Positions 13,000 through 27,430 are shown, counted from the stretch's first letter. The stretch: DNA of 64,000 nt from Lingula anatina (GCA_051362555.1 CM120643.1:6386001-6450000), one strand, 5' to 3'. The notes: generated by a model from the sequence alone, not told the origin. Numbers and translations: made by a program.

Positions 13000-14038
13000 C
13001 AAAATACAACAAAGGTGCCTTTTATAAACATTTTATATCACATTTGGCCTTGGTGATGTGTGGCTTAGCCAGTCACCTCCAAAAAACTTCACCACAATTT
13101 TCAAACAAAGACAAACTGACCACTTTACCCAAATATGCAACAGCAAACTTCAAGCCAACAGTAAATTATCTCTCTTCCGTATACTTAACCAAAAGTGTGA
13201 AAGGGCAACTTATGTTGATAAAATAACAAATTACGACACCTTGTCAACCCTTGCTAAACTACGTCTGAGTGACCATAAACTCCACATCGAAACTGGGCGG
13301 CACACCAGGCCAAAAACTGAAAGGTGCGACAGAATCTGTCACCTGTGCACACAAGGGGTAATTGAGGATGAATACCATTTTATATTCCAATGCCCAATGT
13401 ACAAAACAGACCGAGTCACCTTTTTCAGTAAAACCTCATTCCTAAAAGCTGATTCAAGGTCACCAGACAGTCAATTATGCCATGTATTTAACAGTGCCAA
13501 CAAAGATACTTTAGTGTCCCTCTCCAACTTTATAATCAAATCATTCAAGAAAAGAAGTGAAGTGGTTGCTCTGCTTGGTAACTCCTAGCATATCCCTTAA
13601 AATGTCAGTGTATGGTGCCACTGTTGTGAGAAGTGACTCGGCAGTGGGACTGAACATGGCACAATATTTATATCTGTGTAACTTATTTACTTATCTGTCT
13701 TATGTAATTGTCATTAATCGTAATTATCAATGTCATCAAACTGGCTTTGAACAGCCATGTAAACAGCTATGTAACGGTGGTTTTAAGTTTTTAAAAAAAC
13801 ATATTCTTTTTGTGTAACATGTTTATACTATGTTTATGTTAAATTTATAATCACACCAAGGTTTATCTCATTGCTTAGATAGAATATTCTATGAGTGATT
13901 TTACTAGTACTTATCTTCATTACATAAAGATGGTAGTGCACTAACTGTATTGTATCATCATTTGTATATCATATTGTACAAGGTCATGACAATCTATGTA
14001 CCAGTACAGAAATAAATTGAAATTGAATTGAATTGAAA
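13000..14038 (+). mobile_element. 5'-truncated non-LTR retrotransposon 3' end (RTEX-like)
   Basis: ORF 13058-13588 has LRLSDHKLHIETGRH and a CxxC...EDEYHF.F.C zinc motif typical of LINE ORF2 C-termini; the 3' tail is aataaa followed by ttgaa-type repeats at ~14011-14038. Confidence 0.8.
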
Positions 14039-14470
14039 TATAAAAATCTTAAAGGTCGCTTACTTGCTTCATTAATTTTGATCTATCAACTGAACCCAAT
14101 GCTATAACTCTGATCGTCATTACGATTTGTTTACTGTCACTGGTGACAGTAGCTCATTTAAGTGTATGGCCAATACATTTACTGCGTGACAATCAATAAA
14201 AATAAATCTTTAATCACAAGGTTGACCTTGTGTAGTCGGATCTTCAATTTTAGCAGTGTTAACCTTAGCCCAGGAAATCTTTTGTGAAACAAGCTTATCC
14301 AGATATTTTATTGCAGAAATTGTATTGATGTTGCTTATTGTTCTTACTGAGACTGCGTATTATTAAAACATGTTGTGACAATTTCTGTTGTTTTTGTTCT
14401 GAATTCAATTTAGTTTTATCATACCATAGCAATGATTAATAGCTAGAGAAGTAAATACGATGAACTGCAC

Positions 14471-14683
14471 CAGGGGCGGATCCCGGATTATTTGAAGGGG
14501 GGGGGGGGGCGCTCAAGGGCCCCGAAAAATTTTGGTATTTTAGAAGGCGAACGGTGCCATTTGGTACGGTTTAGTACTAAAATTCAGCTAGATAAAAATT
14601 CTTATTTGAAGAGGGGACCAGAAATCGAAGGGGGGGGGGGGGGGGGTCAGGACCCCCCTGATCCCCCTCTAAATCCGCTACTG
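14471..14683. mobile_element. hAT-type MITE with 8-bp TSD
   Basis: caggggcggat...atccgctactg, with exact AACTGCAC duplicated at 14463-14470 and 14684-14691. Confidence 0.85.
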
Positions 14684-16999
14684 AACTGCACCCATTTCAC
14701 ATCTCCTCCTTCTCCCGCGTTTTCTTTCAAATGAAAACGGTTCTACGTCGTCAAAAACTGAAAATATCTAAAACTACCCTTTTTCGTAAATACCAACGTA
14801 CATTTTTACCCGAATCAACTGAGAAAATATATCGAATGCTGTTTTTGAATTGATTTAGGTAAGAAAAGGCCAGCGTGCTTTTCTTTCGTCGAGATCCCTG
14901 GCACTTGCTGTACTGTGTTAAGTCATCGCGTTGTAGTTTATTTATAAGACCGTACGAACTTTGATCAGATTAATAGTCCTAGATACAGTTTATTTTATTC
15001 ATTTATGTATTTTACTATCTTTTTAAGAGGGCTGTGTTATGTACAGGGTTCATTTGGGTCTTTACGGTTATTATATTTAAAGATTTACCAAAGGCGTGCT
15101 TTCCATACCTGATTGTTAATTAATTTTCTGTGGAGACACAAAAGTCACTAAGCTATTCTCAGAAAGAGTGTAACAGCATTGTCAAGTAATATGTTATTAA
15201 GATTTTGTTCAGCACTCGACCCTGCTCTTGTTCGACAGGTTTTCCAAGTGCGGCATTATCGCCTTAAAGAAGATTAACTGAATATTTTGCAGGAAAGAGG
15301 AAAACGTCGTGCTTGCCTATCCACTTGTTTTCTGTCTGGCAGATTGCTTATTATAGTTGGTATATGCAAACTCTAATTTGCTAATTATAAATAGCTGTAG
15401 ATATACATTTATTTATGTATTTTATTTGTGTGGAGTGTCTGGTTTATACGGGCTTTGTTCGGGCCTATACATTTTTAGATGTAGCCTACTTAAGAGGTAA
15501 AGATGTAAAATTTTCGCACTCTCGCGCAATGTCATCAACGGCGTTTTTTTATGTGCTTAAAAATGTCAAAATCATTTTTTAAGTCAAAAGTTGACTCCGG
15601 CCAACCAATGAAAACAACTTACACCATTATGTTATTCGGCTTGAGCTACTTTTCCAGAAGAGCACATGTTCACGACGCTGGCTTAAACTGATAGCTAATT
15701 TTGCTGGCTGACCACTTCAAATTGTGCAGTGGGGACATTTTGGCATAACAGGCTTCTCTTGAAAACACGTAGGCTTTGCATAATTTGCAATTTTAAGGAA
15801 AAATAAACGTCATCGGAAATGAAGTAATCATCGACGGACTGGTATTTTATTCCGTTAATATTTAGCGAAATCTAGCAATAGAGTTGACGTAAGAATTATA
15901 AAAGTTGTTCCTATGTTTAATCCATCAAAATCTAGGCCGATGTGACAGGAATGCAGTATAGTCCGCCAGGAACCGTAGTCCGTTCCCCATTATTTTGTAC
16001 AGGTGACATACTTTTGACTAACCCTAACCCGTACTAATGTTAAGGGACCACGGACTTCAATTCCTACATGTAGACGTCTGGCGTTGTTTTTCCTATAAAA
16101 CCAAGGTAAAATAACCGAAGAGTTAGTATTACTCACTAATTAAAATATATTTCTTATCACCTTTGTCTCCAAAACATGAAATACACGACAAAGCCGAGAT
16201 TCCTTGGGCTTAGACACACCTAAATCAGTGAAATTAAATAAAAATAATGAAGAAAATCATGCTTTGCTAAAGGGGCTTTACCCCTGTAGAAATGGGCTAT
16301 TGGTAAAACTTGGACTGTGAAAATATCGTGCGCTGATTGGCTGAGAGTTGCTGGTGATTGACAGCCAGCCACAGGTCAGCAGATTCGGAGGCGTTGGTTT
16401 TCCGCTAAAACCTAGATGCGATGTCTGCAGAGGTAATTTTTGCTAACTGATAAAAATGTATCATATTCCTTATAATCTGTGTCTCCAAGAGCAAAATTAC
16501 GATAAATGAGTTGCCATACAATACATCAACTAAAGCCGGAAAAAAGTGACTTGGTGTTCCAACTCGCGTTGTAAAACGTGATCATTTTCTGTCTATCTAT
16601 CTATCCATCTATCAGCTATAACCGTTTGTACTCATACCGTGTTAGCAATAGAATACTGAGAATTGAGCTTGTTGTGCTTGAACTTCGGCATAAAAATAAT
16701 GAAATTTGCGCGCATCGTTCTATTCTCCGCGAATGAAAATTGCTTATATAATTCTAGTAATTTGGTTACAGAAACACTTGACCCGCGCGAGATACATTTT
16801 TTCTTGAAGAGATGAAAGGTGGAGTTAAGCGAGATTCTTTTTTCACTCTTCAATACTATAATAAGTTAACAATAACGTTCAACCAGGACAAAAACTAAAC
16901 ATAATAAAAAAAACGTTGTCACGATACATTTATGCTTATGCGTTGTCTTTGTTACAACAATAAACAATGCTAAAATATAATTCTGGTACCAGTAATAAG

Positions 17000-17500
17000 T
17001 TGTCTTGGACCTGTTTCAGAAAACTATTGAAGTCCTTTGGCTTCGACATATCTAAATTGGTTAGATGGCTCAGAGTTGCCGATAAAAGCTAGATAAAAAT
17101 CGCTTACTGCCCTTAAAAAACTAAAAGCCTCGAGTTGCTGGGTAAAAATTTTAATAGGGTTTGAGCTGGATCAGTCATGAAGGAAGCTGTTTTATTTTTT
17201 ATTTTTAACCCTATCGAGATAAATGGAATGAATGGGAGTAAGATTCGTTCCAATTACATTACCTGCCGTTTCAACAATCTCTTCTAGTTGTTTTTTATCC
17301 TCTACAGTTTCACGCCCATACCAAACAGTTACAGCGTAAGTTAAAATAATTTTTAAAACACACTTATAAAAGTTCGTTAAAATAGACACATTCCTGGTAA
17401 AAGCTTTCAATTTCCTTAAAAAGTGCATTCACTGTCTTGCTTTTTAAAATCATTTCGTGAAGACACTCATCAATATAAAATGTGTCTCTCTTTGCTCGGC
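17000..17500 (-). pseudogene. Degenerate Rex1/Babar-like LINE ORF2 C-terminal fragment
   Basis: ORF 17192-17428 (HFLRKLK.F...IL..FY...L...LTYA.TVWYG......KQL..IV..A...IG..L) matches the post-RT motif of Rex/Babar/CR1-group elements. Confidence 0.7.
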
Positions 17501-18235
17501 AAATGTAAAACATTGTAGTATGACACAAATGAAAAACATGCAGTCTCATACTAAGGTATAATACATTGTAAGTAATACTTCTTATTGCAGATATATGAAC
17601 AACTTCGTTCTACATTTGTACAGAATGATCTTCTGTTATTTCGGATCGGTAGCTGGAGGAACTGACGTGCCAAGAGACGTTCATTAAAAACCTTTTAACG
17701 ATATTCTTTAGTGAGAAAAATGGTGATTTTATGGCCTCCTATATGTTCATATTTACAGTGGCCAACAGCTTGTCACATCAGGACCATTTCCCCCCGGACA
17801 GTTCCCCCCTGGACGCCCCCCCCCAAGAAATATATATTTATGTAAAATTATAAAGGAAAGAATATAAAGTTCAAATCTTTTCATCCATTTTATGAATATT
17901 TCTTAGTGTGATGAAGCAACTCAAGGATAGAGAATGCTAATTTCATTAAACAAATCATTTTCATGGAGTACAAGTACAGAAAATTTTAGAAATGGAAGTA
18001 CAGAAAATTTAATTAAAAATCTGATCAAAGTATATCTCCAGGTAAAGGTGGGGTAAACAGATGATCTCACTCTCAGGTAACCCTTTGATGAATTAACTGT
18101 TACTTTTAATTGCTTCATTCCCCCCCTTGATTAAGTAAGCCTTGAATCAAGGTGCATCTCTAGGGAAAGGTGGGGTATGCAGATTCTTTCTTATCTAGGT
18201 ATCCCTTTGATTATCTGTCACTTTTAATTGCTTGA

Positions 18236-18466
18236 CTACTACCCACTACCCACTACCTACCTACCCACTACCCACTACCCACTACCTACTACCCACTACC
18301 TACCTACCCACTACCTACTACCCACCTACCTACTACCCACTACCTACCTACCCACCTACTCACTACCTACTACCCACTACCCACCTACTACCCACTACCT
18401 ACCAACCCACTACCTACTACCCACCTACCCACCTACCCACTACCTACTACCCACCTACCCACTACC
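18236..18466. repeat. Compound (CTACCCA)/(CTAC) microsatellite
   Basis: Read directly; it explains the spurious YPLPTT ORFs. Confidence 0.95.
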
Positions 18467-18684
18467 TGTCACACTGAAAATATTCATAAAATATCCGTTT
18501 ACCTGTTCACCTGCTTTCCCCAACTTTACCTGGAGGATATGTGGTTATACTTTGATTTGTAATAATACTTTCTGTACTTGTACTCAACAAAAAAGGACTT
18601 TGTTATGAAGTAATTTATTTAATGATGAAGTTGTATTATTGCGCTAAAAACATTAATAAATTGGATGAAATGTTTTGAACTTAA

Positions 18685-19031
18685 AGGGGTAATAACTCTT
18701 CGTATGAGCTCTATATTTCACAATAAAAACATTGAGAACAACTCATAGAAATATAATATACTCTGTTTTACCACAGAAATGGCAGTTATAGCTATTATTC
18801 TGATATCTGAGCTTGTCTTCAGACCACGTGACCGCCATTGACGGCTATACTCTGTTATAATCTCTTAAGAGATTTTAACAAAAAACCAAACTTTTTTGAA
18901 AAAAACCAGGGACTAACTTTGAATGTAAAAATAGATTCATTAACCATTGGCAAGTATGGGAAAATTGTTGTTTACTCTAGGAAAATTCTTTTTTTTTTAG
19001 CCAAAAATTTTAATGAAGAGTTATTACCCCT
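18685..19031 (-). mobile_element. Kolobok-type MITE
   Basis: TTAA-aggggtaataactcttc...gaagagttattacccct-TTGA; reverse-orientation relative of 31530-31871. Confidence 0.75.
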
Positions 19032-19554
19032 TTGACACTAATTTACTTTATATTTGTATATAAATATATGTTTCTATGGGGGGGGGGGGGGGGGGGGGGC
19101 GAATCATCCAGGGGAGAATTGTCCTGGGGGGGAGGGAGAATTGTCCTGGGGGGGGGGGGGTTGTCCTGGGGGGAATTGTCCAAGGATCCTCTACAGCTCA
19201 GGGTAAATCTACTGCTATCAACTTAATAAGTATCTCATGAATAAAGGCTAATTATCAAAGCAAAGCCAATTGTCTGTTTGATAAGAACAATATGACAACA
19301 TGACACATTTTAAGATATAAGAGGTGAACTGTTGATGCGAAAAATCAATGCAACTCAATCAATGGAACTTGAGTGTGAATTTTTGACTCTTTCTTTTCAT
19401 GTGCATTTCACAAAAATCTGCATTTCTGCAATAAAAGAATTCTATTACTGATAGGCTGTTTTTTTAAATCAAGCTGTATATCAGCCCTATTAATCTTTTC
19501 TTTGAGTATGATAATAATTAGTTAGGTTTTCCTTAATATAAATGGTCTTCATTA

Positions 19555-19679
19555 GCCTCTACCAGGGTGGCAGATATTAAAGGCACATTTATCACATTTC
19601 CAAAGTCAAATGTCTATCTTTTTATAAGACACATCTGTGAATATCTTGTGAAAAAGCAACCTGTGGCCCTGGTAGAGGG
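19555..19679. mobile_element. Small TA-flanked MITE, inverted copy of 3247-3375
   Basis: cctctaccaggg...gccctggtagaggg with TA flanks and a shared gatattcacagat motif. Confidence 0.65.
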
Positions 19680-20347
19680 TAGGTCTTTATAGTGACAGTG
19701 ACCAAAATAGGGTTTTTGTCAATTTTATTGCAATATTACAAAATGCTTTATCACCACCAATTTAAATTATGCACAGCAGGTAACATAGATAGTCAGCACA
19801 TGTGACAAGGAAAAAGTCTTCAGGAACATGGAAGTTCAAGGTCACAAAATTGTCTAACTTTATGAAAAATGTTTAATTTAGTAATATACATCATTCCTAT
19901 AAGTTTGAAGAGAATAGGTCAAATAGTTTTTCCTCAAAGGATGTTATCTGAATGAATCTAGGTTTTAAAAAAAAGAATATTAATAATAATAAATAAATAA
20001 ATAAATAAATAAAATCCCTCTGAACATTTATCATGGGACCCTACACTTAACCAGCCTGGGGTCCGGGGGCCACCTTAGGAATTGAATTAAAAAACACAGA
20101 AATTCCGCGGTTCCATGGAAAAAGCTCATGTCCGCATCTGTATCGCATTTATACTGAAGTAAATACAGAAACCAACAACTTATGAAAAAAATAGTACAAC
20201 CAAGTGGATTTTCTAACTCCACCTGTACTTAATGAATACTTATCAGTTGTATAAGTTTGAAAAAATAAGTTTACATAGTTTTCTTATAATAGTATTTTAG
20301 TTAAACCATCACTTGAAATGCACTGCAACTTTTTGTTGAAGATCTTA

Positions 20348-20572
20348 GGGTGCATTCCTATAGATTTAAGATCCGTCTATCCCAATGGGGAGTCTCACTA
20401 GATTAGATAGATTAGATGTCAGATAATCCGGCTTAAATGTCCTTCCTGCCTACTACAAGCTGTAAGGGGGTAATTAACTTCCGTCCGTGGTCAGCTGACT
20501 GCAATTTAGCATGAACCCCCAGGGAGTTAGGTCGATCTAGTGAGATCGTTCTAATTCTCTGGGAATGCCCTC
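20348..20572 (+). mobile_element. Harbinger-type MITE family A copy 2
   Basis: TTA TSD on both sides; body matches 2541-2755. Confidence 0.8.
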
Positions 20573-21339
20573 TTACACGTCCTCTGTAGCTGCTGCTTAA
20601 ATTGCAATACCTCATGTGAATTGGCTTCAGAATAGATGGTTATTTACTATGTAAGAGAGCAAGAAAGTTTTATATGTATTTTGTTTCATTTAGTTTTTAG
20701 GGACTTTTTTAAATACAATTTTTTAAAAATTATCCTAGTATTTGACGTAAAGTTTTTAGCTTTTAAATCTTCAGAGTTAAGACAATAACCCATTCCACGC
20801 GTTCAAGTTGGATAATTTTATTTTGTTAGTACATCTTTAGGTTTACTATTTAGAAAATGATTTCCCATCATATTTGATCTGATGTTTCTACCTGTAGTGA
20901 AACAAAGAAAGCTGAGACGCAGTTTTTTGGTGCACAGAGAATTTTGAGTGTACTGTGGGTAAAAGAGACGAAATGTTAACAACTACTTAGTTTACCTTTT
21001 CAATATACTTTTAGCTTGAAAATGGCTTTTATATTGTTATTTTTGCTGAATTTGAGCAACTTTATACAACTCTAATGAATATGCATTATAGGGCAGTCAT
21101 CACCTACTTTGATGGAATGAAATATTTCTAATAATACTTTTAAACATCTTTTATTTCCAGACAACATGAAAGGTGTACAATGCTTTACACCTCTAACAAT
21201 TCAATTAGTGAGATAACAAATCTAACATCAGAACATTCAACATAACTCACCATAAACATTTCCCTTCTGCAAGCATTTGCCTCATTTTCAATTTCCATAT
21301 TACTGTGATTACAGGACCAACCTGGAAGGGGGTGATTAA

Positions 21340-21554
21340 GGCTCTGTTCTCACAACTTTTAGATCGACCTATCACCGCGGGGAGTCTCACTAGATTACTG
21401 TCAGATAATCCCCCTTAAGTGTCCGTCCCCGCCTACTACAAGCTTTAAGGGGTAATTAACTTTCGTGTCCGCCCGGCTGACAGCTATTTAGCGTGAACCC
21501 CCAGGGAGTTAGGTCGATCCAATGTAGGTCGATCTAATCTATGAGAATGGGGTG
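21340..21554 (+). mobile_element. Harbinger-type MITE family A copy 3
   Basis: TAA TSD on both sides; body matches 2541-2755. Confidence 0.8.
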
Positions 21555-22339
21555 TAAGACACCCCTGCACACCCCTTAAACAATCTTAATGTGCCCCAAT
21601 AGCTTTAACACTGTCTTCACACCAAATGTCAGTCACTATGTCAGTGCTCAAAGACAATATAAGAAAACAGAATTCATTATTTTTTAAAGTCACTTGTGAA
21701 GATTCTCAACCATGAATATGCACTATTATGATATGGCCTTGTTTATAAGACCAAGAATAAAAAGGCCTAGTTTACAGCTTGTGCACTTGGTTTCAGATTA
21801 TTGTTCAACATTCATTGGCTCCATTCTTTTTTTATGTCAGTGGAGAGTTATCAAATCCTCTTCAATGCTGTCAGGAAGCACTTCAAAGGTCTCCTAATTA
21901 TTGGGTAACCTGTAAAAAAGCAAATGAAAAACTTCAAAATTTCATGATGAAACACTAAAGCCATGCAGTATTCTACAGCAAAAACCTTATAATCTTATTA
22001 CAAAAATTATTTAACTCCACACAGTGCCAAAAAGTGTTAATTTTGAAAATATTATACCTAAAACCCTTTACACTGGACAGCGTCCTTTCTGCTTCCTTTG
22101 TGCAACCATGAAACTGGCATTGCTGTGGTTGTAGAAAGGAGCCACAAGCATGACTATGGTTGCAAAATGAATGCTCAATGATCAGCCAGTTGTCAGAACG
22201 TACTCAGTAATTTATTTAAATTTCAAATGCGGCCGTACTACAGAATGCAGAAAGGACGCCACCCAATGTAAAGGGGGCTTAAGAAAAGAGACAGAAAAAC
22301 TGGCAAATGTACAGGCACAAGTCTTAGTAAATATAGCCA

Positions 22340-25300
22340 CACAGCAAATATGAAGTAAAAACAAGGCAGCAAAGCTGTCAAATGTAGAAACACAAAGCAG
22401 AAAATAAAGATGCAGAAAATAGGTCATTTTGTCAAATCTGATGCAATTTAATAAATAATGTTTATAACAGCACAGTCAATCAACACTAAAATTTAATCAT
22501 GCACAATAGGTAACATGGTCAATAAGATTACAGTTTCACATATTGTGAAAAATGAGAAAAATGATAGTGCATAAAATAATTTTGTATAATGTTTAAAGGT
22601 ATTAACACCAATATTATAGCTTATGTGGAAATACAGAAAATGTACAAAGCTTCAGGTGGGTGGGATCACATCTTGAAGATGCCAGTGTTTGAAAAAAAAA
22701 TTAAAATAAAACATAACAAACAATTTTCCAATAAAGCTGCTATTCAAACTTTTAATCTAGTTTTATTAACACGATATGAATAACCCCAGTGAGTATGAGG
22801 ATAATAAGGCACTGTTATTCATCTATAGCATTTATGTTAGCATTACACAAAATAATTTTTTCTTTTGTAAAATTACATGCAATATCAAGCAACATTTACC
22901 TGCATAATTATCACTGATTCCTAATTATGTGACACTGTTAATTTCAGACTTTTACAAACTGTATCTGGCAGAGAGCTAAACATATGGGAGTTTACAGGGA
23001 AATCTCAACATATGTGTAATGTATGTTTACTAATGTAATCTCATTCAATGGCCAGAAAAATCAACCAATAAGACTTGTTTTCCAGCTAAAGCTGTATTTA
23101 AGTCCTGTTTCTTTCCTGTAATTTCAGTCATGATGAAACTATAGGTCTGATCACTGATGACCAGCCAAAACTTGTCAAGATGGTAAAAAATTGTACTTCG
23201 GCAGTCCAAAGGACCAGCAAGATTTTTAAGTGTCACCATTTTGAATTTACAGTCATCATTTGACATACTTCACTAACAGCGTTTTTTTTTTTTCCCCCCT
23301 CCATTTACTTATCAGGCAAGATATAAACAAGGCAGCAAAGCTGTCAAATGTACAGACAAAAAGCAGGAAATAACAAAAAAGGCTACTGTCAATTCTGATG
23401 CAAAAGTACATTTTGTTAAACTGCAAATTCAACATCAAATTTTAATTATGCTCAACAGGTAAAATACATCTGTGTCTGTACATAAAAATGGCATTTCTTT
23501 AAAATAATGGCCCGATTATGCTGATTTTTTAACTCAACCTGCGATTTAGCAGGAATGACCACTCCTGTGAGTTTAATGACAATTGGCCTATCTGTTTTTC
23601 TTATATTGTGTTTACAGTGTTGCATATATGCTGAAAAGTGAAAAAAAAAAGCATAACTACTAAAATAGTGGCCCGATCATGCCGATTTTTGAACTTGACC
23701 TGCGTTTTAGTAAGATCAATTACTCTGCATTTTAGTCCTGTATTTCTTTTTTGAAAGTTTGACAATCATAAGTAACATGGTTTTCCCATAATGGTCATCT
23801 TGGCAGCAGCACTCAAAATTGTGTTTTCTTCTATTCTGATGCAATATTACATAATGGTTAACAGCAAAATGACCGTTAATTTTTAATAATAAAATACACG
23901 TATCATGGATTTTCAGAAAATGTGACTAGCATGGGTCTTCAAGCCCGTGGAACATGCCGATTTTCGAACTTGACCTGTGTTATAGTAAGATCAATTACCT
24001 CCTGTGATTTTCATGACAACAGGCCTATCGGTTTTCCTTAAAATGTGTTTACAGTGTTGCATATATGCTGAAAAGTGAAAAAACAGCATAACTTCTACAA
24101 TAATGGCCCGATCATGCTGATTTTTTAACTTGACCTGCGTTTTATGAATATTCATCAGCTCTGTAAATATACAGCCAAAAAGTAAAACTGCCTTCCACTT
24201 ATCATGTTTACAATGAAAGTGCACGGTGTCGGCACCGGCGACGGCGACGACAGACGCAGGTGATGGCAATATGTACAGACACATCTGTACATATTTACTG
24301 TACTGTTTGAGAACAGTAAGTGACATGGTTTTTCTTAAATGGTCATCATGGGAGCAGTGCCCAAAATAGTTTTTTTTCAAATTTTGATGCAATATTACAT
24401 AATGTTTAACAGCATAATGACCATCAATTTTTAATAATAAAATATTAGTATCATGGATATTCAGAAAATGTGACTAGCAAAGGTCTTCAGGCCCATGGAA
24501 CTTCCAAGTCACAACTTGAAAATGCCAGAATGTAAACAAGACAGCACTGTTCTGAAATGTTTTTTTTTCCATTTTTAACACTTTTTTTAACATAAAACAA
24601 AATTAACAGGTTACTGCCATTTTTATACGATCAACTAAGAAAATTGATGAGATGGGAAAAATATCAATACAACAGTGTTAAATGTCCAATTTCCTCCATT
24701 CTGAGATTCTGAACATAGTGAATGATTGAATCTGACAAACTGCAATGATATGAGTTTATTTCCATTTTGGAAACTTTATTACATAATACACGATAACAAG
24801 TTTACCATCATTTTTACATAATCAACTAACAATGTTGTAAAGATGCAGGAAATGTCAAACAAACACTTTTATGTATCTTATTAGTTCATTTATGAGACTG
24901 TTAACATGCCTAACAGTTGAATCTGAGGAAATTTGAAAAAACAGCATAACTTCTAAAATAATGGCCCGATTATGCTGATTTTCGAACTCAACCTGTGTTT
25001 TAGTAAGATTGACCACTCCTGCGAGTTAAATGACAATTGGCCTATCTGTTTTTCTTATATTGTGTTTACAGTGTTGTATATATGCTGAAAAATGAAAAAA
25101 ACAGCATAACTACTAAAATAGTGGCCCGATCATGCCGATTTTCGAACTTGACCTGCGTTTTAGTAAGATTGATTACTCCTGTGAGTTTCATGACAACAGG
25201 CCTAACGGTTTTCCTTAAAATGTGTTTACAGGGTTGCATATATGCTGAAAAGTGAAAAAACAGCATAACTTCTACAATAATGGCCCGATCATGCTGGTTT

Positions 25301-25495
25301 TCGAACTTGACCTGCGTTTTATGAATATTCATCAGCTCTGTAAATATTAAGCCAAAAAGTAAAACTGCCCTCCACTTATCGTGTTTACAAGGAAAGTGCA
25401 CGGCGCCGGCATCGGCATCGGCGACGGCGACGGCGACGACAGACGCAGGTGATGGCAATATGTACAGACACATCTGTGTCTGTACATAAAAATGA
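22340..25495 (+). repeat. Segmental duplication copy 1 (paralog at ~58085-61735), containing HINE-like repeats
   Basis: Colinear matches: 22360-22770 with 58085-58940, 23720-23950 with 59805-60030, and 24310-25490 with 60520-61730. Confidence 0.8.
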
Positions 25496-27430
25496 TAACA
25501 TTCACAGACAAAGTAAGCTAGCCAATCATAGTATCTCTCTCAAACAAATAGAGTGATTCCCTATGGGGAAGCCCCCTGCTCCCAATATTACTTGCTCTGG
25601 CATTGTCTATTGCTCACGACACACAGACAGCTATCAAGAGAGTGGTCCATGCTGCCAAGCATATGTTAACACGGCAGGGCAAATGTTTCCTGACAAACTT
25701 TTTTCTTTGAAAATAATGTTGGTAGCATAGAAATGAGGTCACCTGATTAACTCAGTAAATTTGATTTCTCAGTTATTGGTACTTCTGTTTATATTCAGCC
25801 TGCGGCATATCACTGTTTTACGTAAAGATGGTTTAAAAGTTTGGTCAATTCTTCGAACGCGATTCGTGGTGAAAGAACATAAGGCCACACTTTTTTATTT
25901 TTATGGATGACATCCTCTGGGGACCCCGAAATCTGTGTGAGAGGGTGAAAAAAAAAATAAATAAAAAATTAAAAAAAAAATAAAAAATAAAAAAATACTG
26001 CTTAAGTAAAGGAATGCTGAATGTTTCTTGCTAAACGGTAAGACAGTTTTCCACTTATCATGTTATTGGTGTTGGATACACGCTAAAAAAAAAAAAGCTT
26101 AAAAACAGCCTTACTTTTCACAAAATGGTCCAATCATGCTGATTTTTTAGCTTGACCCGCGTTTTATGAATATTCATCAGTTCTGTAAGTTTCAAGCGAA
26201 AAGGTAAAATGGCTTTCCACTAATCGTGTTAACGGTGAAAGTGCATGGCGACAACGACAACGACAGACGCAGGTAACTGCTATATGTAGAGACACATCTG
26301 TGTTTGTACATAAAAGACTGCTGAGATGAGAAAATATCAATAGAACAATTTTAAATTTCCAATTTGCACCATTTTGAGATTCTGAACATAGTGAGAGATT
26401 GAAACTGCACTGATGTGACTTTATTTCCATTTCTGACACTATATTACACAATACAAGGTTACAGGTTAACCATCATTTTTATACAATCAACTACCAAAAT
26501 TGTTTAGGTGCAGAAAATGCCAAAAGAACACTTTTATATGACTGTCTAATTAGTTCAATAATGACACTGTTAACATGCCTAAGAATCAAATTCATGGTGG
26601 ATAAAATATGCTGAAAAAAGTAAAAAACAGCACAACTTTTGGAGAAATGGTCTGATCAGACTGATTTTTAAACTTGACCTGTATTTTATGTATACTCATC
26701 AGTTCTGCAAGTTTGAAGACAAAAATTGAAATGGTTTTCATCTTAATTGTATAACCATAGATTAAATATCCTAAAAAAAACCCCAAAAAACAGAATAACT
26801 TTTTGAAAAATGTTATGGAACAGGCTGACTTTCAAACTTAAGCTGTATTTTATGAACATTCATCAGTTCCGACACAAGATAGTTTCACGTTTTTTATCCA
26901 ATAAGGGTAGATAGAATATGCTGAAAAAAAAATGGAACAATGGTCTGATCAGGCTGATTTTGGCATTTCACTTGTGTTTTTATGAATATTCATCAGTTCT
27001 ATGAGCTTAAACATTAAAGGTAAAACAGTTTTCATATTAGTTTACTCTGAAGTGCCTAATAATAGTGCCGGCACGATTATTTTTTTCCCGGAAATTTTCC
27101 ACCCGGCACGATCTTATTTTCCCTAGCACGATTAAGAATATCCACACGGGCACAATTATTCGGCTAGGCACTATTATTAATTTCTGAAAATTTTCAGGGG
27201 GCACAATTATTCCAGTAGGCACTATTATTTGGCACTTCAGAGTACTGTTATGTAATAATGAAAGTGCACGATGATGACAACGACAGCATAAGCAAAGGCT
27301 ATATGTACAGACACATCCATCTGTACAGAAAAAAAATGGTTAGATCATGCTGATTTTCAAATTTGACCTGAATTTATGAATATTCATCAGTTCGAAGAGA
27401 ATAGGTCAATGTGTCTGTACATAAACACTG
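23465..27430 (+). mobile_element. Cluster of Helentron-associated (HINE-like) repeats
   Basis: Repeated ggcccgatcatgctgattttcgaacttgacctg units, (gacggc/gacaac)n microsatellites, and a terminal palindrome tgtacagacacatctgtgtctgtaca followed by an A-run. Confidence 0.55.
27045..27242. mobile_element. Tc1/mariner-type MITE
   Basis: TA-ctctgaagtgcctaataatagtgcc...ggcactattatttggcacttcagag-TA. Confidence 0.85.

Larger units (their letters stand above)
17780..19190. mobile_element. Composite non-autonomous element with ggacaattcccc/ggggaattgtcc subterminal repeats, containing a microsatellite and a Kolobok-type insert
   Basis: C-rich ggac..ttccccc repeats at the left end and G-rich mirror repeats at the right; related sequence at 32220-32560. 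Confidence 0.5.

Noticed and set aside
18228-18608. Pro/Thr/Tyr-rich ORFs resembling an extensin or adhesive protein
   Set aside because: They are translations of a CTACCCA/CTAC microsatellite inside a repeat.
23991-26451. Similar - strand ORFs (MCLYILPSPASVVAV...) suggesting a gene family
   Set aside because: They are read-throughs of HINE-like repeat copies with no consistent frame.
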